DNA of 60,072 nucleotides, the filler included, from Hausera hauseri (taxonomy: Eukaryota): NCBI GenBank assembly GCA_046269625.1. It is 9 parts of 9 records of this genome, joined end to end, with 100 filler letters (N's around TTAATTAATTAA, not from the genome) between each part and the next. Parts side by side here need not be neighbours in the genome. Positions count along the whole stretch, not along the records: positions 22,967 to 36,960 come from JBJURY010722101.1; positions 37,061 to 41,364 come from JBJURY010646441.1; positions 41,465 to 45,766 come from JBJURY010647219.1; positions 45,867 to 49,977 come from JBJURY010753764.1; 5 more parts are not named here. One strand, given 5' to 3'. Below are positions 35,170 through 45,942 of this stretch, one piece after another. A model generated the notes under the pieces. That model made no database searches. It had not been told where the DNA came from and saw nothing but the letters and a program-made list of their open reading frames with translations. Numbering within the stretch: the stretch's first letter is position 1; the number at the start of each line of letters is the position of its first letter. The translations under genes were made by a program, and so were the position numbers.

Positions 35170-36505
35170 ATTATTTTTGAGTTCTTCTGATTTGTATGTT
35201 GTATTTTTTTTTTTTGTTATTTTATGGTTTTTTTTAGGTTTTGGATATTCTTTTTTTGATTTGTATGTGTGGAAGGTTGTTGGATTGGGTATGACTGGTT
35301 TTGATTTTTATTTTATGTTGTTGACTTTGTTTTTAGTTTTGTTAGTTGTTTGGTTATCTATTGGTTTAGGTTTTGTGGGAGTTTATCATTTATTGAATAG
35401 TTTGTTGTGTTTAGTTTTATTATTTTTTTTTTTGAGTGAGAGTTGATTTACTTTTTATGTTTGTTTTGAGTTAGGTTTTTTTGTGTTAGTTATTTTTATA
35501 TTAAATTGAGGTGTTAGGCCTGAGCGTCTAAATGCTGTTACTTATTTTTTAGTTTATACTTTTATTGGTTCTTTGCCTTTGTTTTTAGTTGTTATGATTA
35601 TAAGTCAGGCATTTTTTGTGGGGTTTGGTAGGTATATGTTTATGCAGTTTATTGGTATTACTTGGAAAATGGTTTTTAATTTGTTTAGTTTGAAAATTCA
35701 AGTATATATTTTTTTTATGTGAGTGTTAGCGTTTTTGATAAAGTTGCCTGTTTTTGGGTTTCATTTATGGTTACCTAAGGCTCATGTTGAGGCGCCTGTG
35801 TTTGGTTCTATGTTATTGGCTGGTATAATGTTGAAGTTAGGTATTTATGGTTTAATACGTTATTATTTGTGTTTTTCTACTGAGTTGTTTGAATTTTTGG
35901 TATTACTTTCTGTTTATTTTAGATTTGGGCTTGTTTTGTTGTGCTTTTTGTGTGTTCGTCAATTTGATTTAAAGTCTTTTGTTGCATATTCTTCTGTAGT
36001 TCATATGTGTATGATAGTAATTTCTTTTTGAAGTGAAAGTTTATTGTTGTTTTTAGGATCTGTTTTTTTGAGTTTTTCTCACGGAATTTGTTCTTCTGGA
36101 TTATTTTTAGGGGTTCAAGTAGGTTATATTGTTAGTGGTTCTCGTAATTTGTTTGTTAATCGTAGTTTATTATTTTTATGTTCTGTTTATATGTTTGTTT
36201 GGTTTTGTTTGTGTATTTGTAACTGTTCTTTTCCTTGGAGGTTAAATTTACTTTCTGAATTTTTTTTAGTGTTTGTTGGTGTAACTTATAGAGTTAGTTA
36301 TTTTTATATTTTTGTGTTTAGAGTTGTATTTTGTGGTATGTATTGTATTTTTCTATACTATTTAGTGTCTGGTGGAAAGAATTTAATTTTTTTAAATTTT
36401 TGGGTTTTTAGTAGTTGGTTTTTTAATTTGATTATAAATTTGTTTTTTCATTTTTTGGTTATTTATTTTTATTTATTTTTTATTGGTAGGTTATATGTAG
36501 GGTAA
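35150..36505 (+). CDS. nad4: NADH dehydrogenase subunit 4
   Basis: [50 protein letters not shown]. Confidence 0.97.
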
Positions 36506-36533
36506 AAAAAAAAGAAGAAGGTAGGTAAAATAA

Positions 36534-36960
36534 ATGTGTAATTATATTTTTCGTTGGTTTTTTTCTACTAATCATAAGGATATTGGTACTTTGTACTTGA
36601 TATATGGAATATTTATGGGAGTTGTTGGGGCTAGTATGAGTGTCTATATTCGAATAGAGTTAGGTTTTCCTGGTAGTTTTATTGGGAGATTTGCTCTTTA
36701 TAATTCTTTGATTACTGCTCATGGTTTAGTTATGATTTTTTTTTTTGTTATGCCTATAATGATAGGTGGATATGGAAAATGAATTGTTCCTTTATATCTT
36801 TGTTCTCCTGATATGGCTTTTCCTCGTACTAATAAAATTAGTTTTTGATTGTTGATTCCTTCTATAATTTTGTTGTTGATTTCTTTTTTTTCTGATGATG
36901 GTGTGGGTTCTGGTTGGACTGTTTATCCTCCTTTGACTGGGAAAGTAGCTCATAGTGGTA
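36534..36960 (+). CDS. cox1: Cytochrome c oxidase subunit 1, 5' part (cut by contig end)
   Basis: [42 protein letters not shown]. Confidence 0.98.
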
Positions 36961-37127
36961 NNNNNNNNNNNNNNNNNNNNNNNNNNNNNNNNNNNNNNNN
37001 NNNNTTAATTAATTAANNNNNNNNNNNNNNNNNNNNNNNNNNNNNNNNNNNNNNNNNNNNATATAAAAAGTTAGATTCATAACACACATTCCGTTCAATT
37101 TTTAACTATTTATCAAGTATTTTAAAG

Positions 37128-38858
37128 AATATTCCGATATGAATCATTTCGTTCTCGTAAGGAAAAAGAATCGTATTCCCATACTTCAGTTGATGACCAC
37201 AAAAGTGACTATAGAAAAAGAAAGCGTTCTGATTCGGCTTCAAAACGATCAAGATATGATCGCCATCGGGATTCGAGTACAGGTACCATTATTATTTTCT
37301 CCGTTTGATTTTATAGTTTGTAGAAAAATACGACAAAAAGCAAGACAGTAAATATAAAAGTAGTTACAAAAAATCCAAAAATTCCGATCATGCCCAAGAC
37401 GAAAGTTATTACAAAAGTTCCAAAAAGTATGATGATACTAGTAGAGTAAAAAAATACAGCGAATCCAGTGAAAGCAGTCATAGTAATGATAAAGGTAGCA
37501 CAAAGGAGAAAAAGAAATACTACAAATATAAAGATAGTTACTCGTCGGATGATTCAAATTATAGAAAAAATAGAACGGACAGAGATCGCAACAAAGATAA
37601 AAAACTGAAAAAGAAGTCAAAGAAATCCGACAAAGATAAGAAAAAACGTAAGAAACATCGGCATTCATCGGAAGACGAAGAAGAAATGGAGAAAAAATTA
37701 AAAAGCAACAAAAATGAAAAAGTGGAAAGATCGAAGAAAGAACCACAAACGAAAGTCGAACCGTTCAAAGTGAAAGAACAAAGTAATTTGAAAAGTCATA
37801 TAAACATGACTCAATCGGATATTTTTGTAAAGTATGATTGGCAAAAAACGAATGCTGAGAGAGAAGTTAAATTGAAGGACCTGACCGTAGAATCACGCAG
37901 CAAATCAAAGGAAAATAAAGTTGACGAGAAGAAAATAAAAGTAGAGGAGGATGTGAGTAGCATTATTCGGAAACGCAAAGTTGATGAAGAGAAAGAACAC
38001 GCCGATCGAAAACGAGTCAGGAAGCCAGAGAAAGCAAAACCAATAAAAAAGGAAGCCGAGGATAGCATTAAAAAAAGTCCGAAAGTGCATCATGAGTCGG
38101 CCAGCAGACGTGAACGATCTCGATCTCCATGCCGACTCGTTGAAAAGTCTGAGAAAGACAAAGTCAAATCTAGAGATCGTCGAAGTTCTCATCGGAGTGT
38201 TGATGATAAGAAGAAATTCGAAGAGGATTTCGATGACGAACGATTGGAATTGCCTCGGACGCCGACCGATGCCCAGTTTACCGGTTTATTTGCCAGACTG
38301 CACGAGGAAAGTGTTTCTGAAACTGAAATTGAGGATATTTTACCACCGATTCTTCTCGATGATCAGATGAAAACTCTACTGGAGAATGATCCAAACGCCA
38401 CACAAGAAGCATGGGATTCTGAGGATGACGTGCTACTCAACAAGCGGGAAAATGTGCTTACACCGAAACATCGTGGAATTCTAGAAACACTGTCAGTTCC
38501 ATGGCAAAATTTAATCGAAGAAACATCGCTCAACCAGAAAATTTTGGTAAGTTTATTTTGCTTATACGTTAAATACATGACACAGGAGAAAAATCAGGGA
38601 CTGAAACGGTATGACGTTGCAAATGTGTTCAACAACGTGGGTCTCAGCAAGGCATTCTGCTGCGGCGTGTTGTTTGGTCGCATTCAAACAGATTTCAACA
38701 TATCTTTTCTCAGTCCGATAGCGCCTATCCATTAACTTCTCATGTCCCAGAAATTTCGCCGTCGGAATATTTTTAGTGAGCGCGGCGTACTTGTGGGTGC
38801 ACTGTCGGCCAGGAAGGACATTCTCATTCGGAAAGTCCTCAATCAACCAGTTGTGTGA
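37128..38858 (+). CDS. ZC3H13: ZC3H13/Flacc-like m6A writer-complex subunit, 3' part; introns 37283-37323 and 38547-38585; in-frame TAA at 38733-38735
   Basis: Long R/K/S/D/E-rich region, then VPWQNL...RYDVANVFNNVGLSKAF..LF.RI...RRRNIF..G....ALSARKD..IRK.L, matching the ZC3H13 C-terminal domain as recalled; both introns restore or keep the frame. Confidence 0.72.
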
Positions 38859-41464
38859 TTTTTCCTTGGAATTTATTTTGTAAATAGACAGTTTATTTGC
38901 GTTCGATCACTCGTTCGAACTTATTGCATTTTCTTGGCTGTTTTTGTTTCTGTGCTTTCTATTCATCTATCTATTGACCGGCTGTTTTGATCCGGTCTTC
39001 ATCAGCTGATTGTTGACATTGCGGTGATTTTTTATTGATAAATTGTGTCACATTCGCCAACAGAAACACTTACATGAATTGTATTTCATGTCTCGATTTG
39101 TTTGTTCACATGCATATAAATATGATTGATTTTATATTCTTTCTATATTTATTATATTATTATAGTCTATTGTATAATATTGCATATTGTATTGTATGCT
39201 TGCAGTTATTTGTTGGTTTGGCATCCTTGTTCAGTTTGTGGAGTTTGCTTTGACGGGCGGAATGATGGATCTGTGAGCTTTTGTGGTGACAAATGTCCCA
39301 CCCTAAGTAGTTTGTTTTTTGCAGTTTCCGACTTATATATGGTGTGATTAATGCAGGCGGGATGATTTTGTTGTTTTTCCGGTGCACGGGTGGGCCTTTG
39401 CTGTCTATGGCGGGCGCAGTAGGCGAGATAATTGAATTGCTTGTACGTCAATTATTAATTAAAACTTTGTAGAATTATTTTTACATGTTACTGACAAATG
39501 GACAATACAAATTGTGATGGTCAATCGAATATATTTCTGAGAAACGTTTTGAATGACAATTTGAAACTAAAACTAGAGGCATTCGTCGACGATGATAAAT
39601 GCAAACCAGACAATGCAATAACAAATAATGGGGATTATTTGTCAACTAATGTCGGTGGCGGTTCGTCAACAGTGGATTGGAATCAGGTGGAATAATTTCC
39701 TTTATAAGTTTATTTTTTCCTTTTTAATTTTAAATGGGAATTTTTCTAATATTTATCTTGTCTACATTTAGCTCATTTGTTGATTTTTACTTTGGAAATA
39801 TTTTTGTTTTTCTGTTATTTGACAGTTATTTTCCTCTCTTGCGGGTTTAGGATTATTTTCCTTTGTAAATTGCCATATGAAACCCGTGTTCTACAGTAAG
39901 ATGGATTTATTTACCAATTGTAAGTGCTGGGTTTTATGGCCGATGTTTTCGATTGAAATGTACATTACGGTTTTCGTGATGGTTATATGCTATGGTTCTT
40001 GCAATTTATTGAATTTCCTTGTGATCCTGTTCAGTATATTCCATTCAATGATGCTGTACCACAAATACGAGGCTCAGAATTTCGTTTGTGCAATTAACGA
40101 TTATTCGAGTTTTCTTTTATTTATTTGTTGTTGTTCAGTATAAATTGCAGTTTGTTTTGTATAGATTTGACTGCACCATCCCAATTTGTGCGATCTGATT
40201 AGTCGTTAGGTTTGGTTTGGTTCATCTTTATTAAATTTTTATTTAAGAAAAATCTGACCAAACCACTTTTTTATTGTTTTGAATTCAGATAAAATGTCAG
40301 ACATATGCCAATTGGATTTCATTTGTTCTTTTTATTCATTTTAATCTCATTACTATCAAGTAGAAAATTTGCGTTTGAAAAGTCAAAATCCCAACAAATA
40401 ATTATTTTTTCCCATTTTAGATCAATAATCACTGCTTTTGCTTAATTTCTTATATAGTTTTAATTCTTTTATTTTCTGTTCTATTTCCTTTTCGTTTTTG
40501 TACTTTTCATATAAATTGAAAATTTTCATTAAAACGAACAAACGAAAATTTATCGAAATTTTGACACGTCGTTAATTTGCGGTTGAATAAAAATGTGAAA
40601 AAATTAATCATGAAAAACTTTCTGATAATGTTTAACAATTTTGCAAATGCATTAAAAATATTCTCATTTCTAAATTCAAATTTAATGAGTCATCGATGAA
40701 CGATATGCATAATGACGCGTTCTAATGCTCCTTATCCGCTACGCAATCGATGCATTCACGTATCTGCACCGATCCATTTATTTTTACCATTTTTCATTTG
40801 TTTACTTTCTTATTCACAATTCTTTCTTAGCCAAATGAATTCACCATTAACCCATTTGGGAAGATCTTGGTCGCGCCACTGAATTCAAGAATCAATGTAA
40901 TAACCCGATTCTATAAATTTGTGAAACCAAACGCATTGAGTGATATGATTTAATACGAGGATTAATTTCTTAGACAACAAATCGTTCATTGATAGACACT
41001 GAATCACAGTTAAACATTTTGATGAATTTTGGGCTCCAACACATGAAAGCCTGGAAGTGAATAAGCCATATACTGTTTTATATTTATAATTTACCTTAAT
41101 TGATTAGGAATGTTAACCATTTTGATTGGTTGCTATTTTGGTAGGTTTAGTTTTGCATTACGGCATCTTGGTAAGTACATTTATTATTTAACTGATTGAA
41201 TAAACAATCAAAATCCAAAAAATAAATGAAAACAGATTTTACCACAGGATTTGCTTGGAAATGTTTGTGATTGTTGAGGAAATTATTTTTTTTAAATTGT
41301 TTTACCGGCGCCTCAAACCCCCATTATCCCTCGCAAATGTTCCTCAAATGCGTCGTGTCGTTGANNNNNNNNNNNNNNNNNNNNNNNNNNNNNNNNNNNN
41401 NNNNNNNNTTAATTAATTAANNNNNNNNNNNNNNNNNNNNNNNNNNNNNNNNNNNNNNNNNNNN

Positions 41465-44400
41465 CCGCTTGACATTTCAGGTTCATCAAAATTGTCGTTC
41501 ACCTTACCAAAATTTCAGTCGGCACAGCAATCCTAGGTTCGGATTTCTTATATCACTATAATCTTTTAGTTGATTGAAGACAACAATGTCTGAAACGTAA
41601 CACTACTGGATATCTTACCGAGCGAATAGATAGTATATCCTCTATGGTACAAACGATCTTCCCGCGGAAGCCTGTGCTCAAAAATTCTGTAGGTAATCCA
41701 AACTTCTTCAACAAGCCTTTTTCATTTCGTAAATTTTTTAATGATAATATTGATATTCAGTCGAGATTTGGTTTTGACAACTACGATTGCGTTGCTTTGG
41801 TATATTTACTAGACAAAATTACTTCTTCAAACATTATTTTTAAAACTACTATCCTACACCAAATTTTCCTTAATTTCAATAACTCGCAAACATTACTCGT
41901 CACTGAACATATTGACTCAACACCATCACCATCACCCAATCTCTCGCAATTGCCTGCAAGTCTACGGCAATACACACACACTTCATTCCCCCACCTAATC
42001 CAGAAGGACCGAACTTTCACACCTACAAACAGCACTTTTCATCACAACATAACGCAACAGCAAAGACCTATTCGTCAAAATATACGTCTATTTTCACCTC
42101 GTCGTAGACAAGCTGTCGAAGCGGAATTTCTAGACCTTGAACGCTCCGGCATTGTACGCAGATCTAAATCGCCGTGGCCTTCGCCTTTACTCGTTGTCCA
42201 AAAAACGATGGATCCTTCCGATCATGCGGTGATTACCGTCAGCTAAACACTAACTGTTATGGATGCATATCCTTTACCATTAATTAAGTATATCCTGTAC
42301 CGATTGAATTCCACTACAATATATTCAACCATAGACTTAGCCAAGGCATACCATCAAATTCCTGTAGCACCCGAGGACATCGAGAAAATTGCCGTTACGA
42401 CACCTTTCTGCCTGTACGAATACATTTATATGTCTTTTGGATTACGCAGCGCAGCGCAGACTTTCCAACGTCACATCGATTCCACCCTCTCGGATTTCAC
42501 TTTCGCGCATCCATATATCGACGATATCTTGACTGCTTTGTCTTCAACCAAACAGCATGAGAAACACATTAGTTCTATTTTCTAACGACTTAACCACCAT
42601 AATTTACAAATTAATTTTACGAAATGTCACATCTTCTAAAAGCGTATTAACTTTCTCGGACATATCATTTTAGCAAATGGTCATTCTGCTCAGCCAGAAC
42701 GTGTTGAAGCTTTTAAAAGTATACAACTACCTCGAACAACAACAGAAATGAGGAGCTTTTGGGGAACTTTGCACTTCGTTTGCAAGTATGTGCCGCACTG
42801 CTCTAAACTTACCGCATCATTTGCTCACTTAAGCGGCGGCAAAAAACATCAGCCAATCCAGTGGACACCTGACTTAATTGATAAGTTTGATAAGCTACTC
42901 GAAGGAATTAAAACCGTCGACATTCTTGCTTTCCCCAGGCCTGATGCAGAACTCATCCTTACTACAGAGGCTTCAACCACCGCGGTGGGTGCTGTGTTTC
43001 ACGAAATACACAAAGGAGACAATCAACCGCTAGAATTTTTTTCTCGTAAGCTAACATCCCCTGAAACTAGATATTCAACGTTCGACGAGAATTATTGGCC
43101 ATCATACTCGCTTTAAAGCATTTCTCCCACCTACTTGTCGCGCGCTGTTTTACCATACAGACCGATCACAAGCCCTTGCTAAACATCATGGCTATGAAAC
43201 ATCCTATCTCACACCAAGAACGACAGATATCATATCTGTAGACATTTAACTTCGACATAAAACATGTTAACGGGATTAATAATTTGGTTGACGATTTCTT
43301 ATTTAGGACTGTTGGTTCGATTAATTTTCACCAATTTTCACTTAAGTACAACTCCAACAGAACCAGCCACCTCAGGACATGCTTAATTCTTTTAAATCTT
43401 GCATAGTTGTTGACGGCGTGGCTTTATACACTTCCAAACCGAGTCATTCCGTAATAATTCTCATACCATCTTTACAACGGCAAGTGTTTAACAGTGTACA
43501 TTCGCCGTACCATTCTGGCACTAAGACCACTTTTCGTTTACTCCACCGACAGGTAATTTGGCTGTCAATGCGTTCTGATGTGCAAGCGTGGGTTAAGGAG
43601 TGCGTGGCTTGACAGAAATTTAAAATCACCAAACATTTGAAACCATCACTATATCATTTCCCTTGCACATCACGTTTCGAGTCTGTTCATGTTGATCTCG
43701 TTGGCTCTCTTCGTCCTGACAACGGTCGTCAGTTCATTTGGACAATGATGGATTGTTCCTCACGTTGGCCTGAAGCTGTCCCCCTACGGAGCACTAACAC
43801 GGATACAATAGCCGACGTTTTCATACACACTTGGATCAGCAGATTTGGATCCCCCAGATTCATTATTGCGGACTAAGGTACTCAGTTTGAGTCCAATTTG
43901 TTTAAATCTCTCTTTAATCGATTAGGAATCAGCCATATACACACATCACAGTATCACCCCCAATCGAATGGTCTTCTAGAGATATTTCACAGAACACTAA
44001 AAACTTCACTGAGAATCCTCCAGAATCCAATAGCAGTTGGACTACTCTTCTTCCGTTGGATTTTCTGGGTTGGCGTAACATCCCTTCTACTTCCACTGGT
44101 TGTTCACCTACGGAAGCCCTCTTCGAAACACTTGTACATTCATTATTTGAGTTAAATGCCTTGGAAAATAGATCTACAGATGAAGCTATCCGAACGGCAC
44201 AATATTACTTTGTCTCAGTCAGTAAAGATTTATTCTGCAGAATAATACATAACAATAAAACGTATCTAACCGACGATTTATATTCTGCAAAGTTAGTCTG
44301 GCTGAAAAACCAGACGCCATGCGGTTTGCAACCACGGTATTTGGGGCCCTACAAACTCGTAGAATTACATTCCCACAATTCCATTATTTCTAAAGACGGT

Positions 44401-44820
44401 AAGGAACTAGCGGTGCATATCAACAACGTAAAGCCTGCTTTTTTCGCAGATGATACCCCCAAATTAAATCCACCTCTATTTTTACTTCTCTACCAGAACC
44501 TCCTCCAAGCTTCAATTCTACTACCCTAACAACTTTTACTTTCTCTTCTCCTACATCTTATCCTCCATCTCCTTCTCCTTCCTTATACGACACAACACCT
44601 AACACAACCAAACTCAATTTTGTTGTATCTCAATCACCTGAACAAACAGGTTCAAAGACATTGAAAATTTACAAATCAGTCACATTTAGTCCTACTTTAA
44701 GGAGATTAACACTGCAGGAGTACAACGTCTTACCCGCACAAAGACCATTTAGAATGCCTGCACCGTTTCTACCCATTTTTTTACTTTCTTACCTGTCTAG
44801 TCTTTGCTTTGCCACGGGCG
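41465..44820 (+). mobile_element. Ty3/Gypsy pol, decayed; same family as 5020-7830
   Basis: ILGSDFL, DAYPLP, YIDD, TDHKPL, VHVDLVG, YHPQSNGL, LQPRYLGPY; collinear with the first copy. Confidence 0.95.
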
Positions 44821-44975
44821 GTGATGTTGTACCCAACAAGAGCCGTTTATGTACTTATAAATGCACCGTTATCGTTTTTCTCATCTTTTATTACTTTTCC
44901 TTGTTTACTTATCTTCGCTGTTGCCGACAGGTTGGTGCACTTACGTCATTTTTATCTCGTCGTGCCAGAATATCT
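44811..44975 (+). repeat. Possible PPT remnant and start of a 3' LTR (TG at 44825)
   Basis: G-rich ACGGGCGGTGA immediately followed by TGTTGTACCC downstream of the integrase; LTR end not identified. Confidence 0.35.
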
Positions 44976-45068
44976 TATCAGGATCACAATAAGCCAGATT
45001 TGTGGATCCTTATTGATTGTAAACAGTTTCGTGTGTTGACAAACGCGGCGAGCAAATAGACGTTTGAT

Positions 45069-45510
45069 GTGTCTGGTGATGGTCACAATCCGAGCATTCT
45101 TGTTGGCAGTATATTCGAATGTAAATTCTGTAACAAGAATCTCTACAATTATCAGAAACTGACATCTCACAATATTCTTCACAAAGACCACCAAGCGTGT
45201 CCCTGTGTATTTGCTGATTGTAAAATGACTTTTAAGGAATTCGATGATTTCGTCAATCATTTGGAAAGCCACAGGAAGGATGAGAATATAAAATTTATTT
45301 ACAGATTTTTTAATTTGACTTTCGGAGTTCTTTACGAACAGATTTATCACTGCAATGATCATGGGAATGGTGCTAATGATTCCAACAGTGTTTGCCAGAA
45401 ACCAGTAATCAACCTTATTGGTTACATCGAAAACTTCATCAGTTAATCTCGCTAACGCACAGTGCCAAAAGGAATTTGAAAATTCCAGCGTAGCTACAAT
45501 TCAATCACAC
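45069..45510 (+). pseudogene. C2H2 zinc-finger gene fragment
   Basis: FECKFCNKNLYNYQKLTSHNILH and CPCVFADCKMTFKEFDDFVNHLESH; stops upstream and downstream. Confidence 0.65.
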
Positions 45511-45866
45511 TTCCAAATGGATTCTTTATCCGCATACTTGTCCGAAAATAATCTTACAGTTCTTATTGGACTTTAATACCAAGATAATTCTTTTTTGTGG
45601 TCAAATAAGAAACATGTCTATTTTACAAATTGGGGCCAAAATGAACCAGCCATTGACTTAAATAAAATGTGTATATATGGATTTCAGTAAACAGAAACTT
45701 GGTGATTGGTTCAGTGTTAGCCACAAGGAAGAATTTAATGTTTTGTGTGAAATAAATTCTTCATCANNNNNNNNNNNNNNNNNNNNNNNNNNNNNNNNNN
45801 NNNNNNNNNNTTAATTAATTAANNNNNNNNNNNNNNNNNNNNNNNNNNNNNNNNNNNNNNNNNNNN

Positions 45867-45942
45867 GCTTGTGATTGGTCAATTGGTGCGTGGGTGGACC
45901 CCCCCTCCCCCCTTGGCCCAGAAACGCCTTTTTCCCCCTACT
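45867..45942 (-). mobile_element. Putative Polinton terminus abutting a PolB gene
   Basis: Minus strand 5'-AGTAGGGGGAAAAAGGCGTTTCTGG...CCAAT resembles the 19056/19192 terminus. Confidence 0.45.

Larger units (their letters stand above)
22967..36960 (+). other. Near-complete mitochondrial genome of a rhabditophoran flatworm, broken within cox1
   Basis: 12 clear protein genes, 2 rRNAs and ~22 tRNAs all on +; extreme T/G skew; AAA at conserved Asn sites (cob WNFGS, cox1 GNW), AGR at Ser, ATA at Ile, TGA at Trp (translation table 9 pattern). Confidence 0.95.

Noticed and set aside
22967-36960. Fragmented ORFs suggesting a NUMT or pseudogenes
   Set aside because: The breaks are TGA (Trp) codons under the wrong code; frames are continuous except at homopolymers, and the contig has no nuclear flank.
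37438-38192. F/S/L-rich minus-strand ORFs, and similar antisense ORFs over 14274-15130
   Set aside because: Antisense shadows of K/E/R-rich coding sequence.
38733-38735. Genome-wide nuclear reassignment of TAA
   Set aside because: AMPD ends at TAA at the expected C-terminus and has no internal TAA or TAG in ~690 codons; one site is not enough evidence.
39498-41364. Short ORFs 39498-39695 and 39877-40143
   Set aside because: They could be exons, but I could not build a coherent gene model or see any motif.
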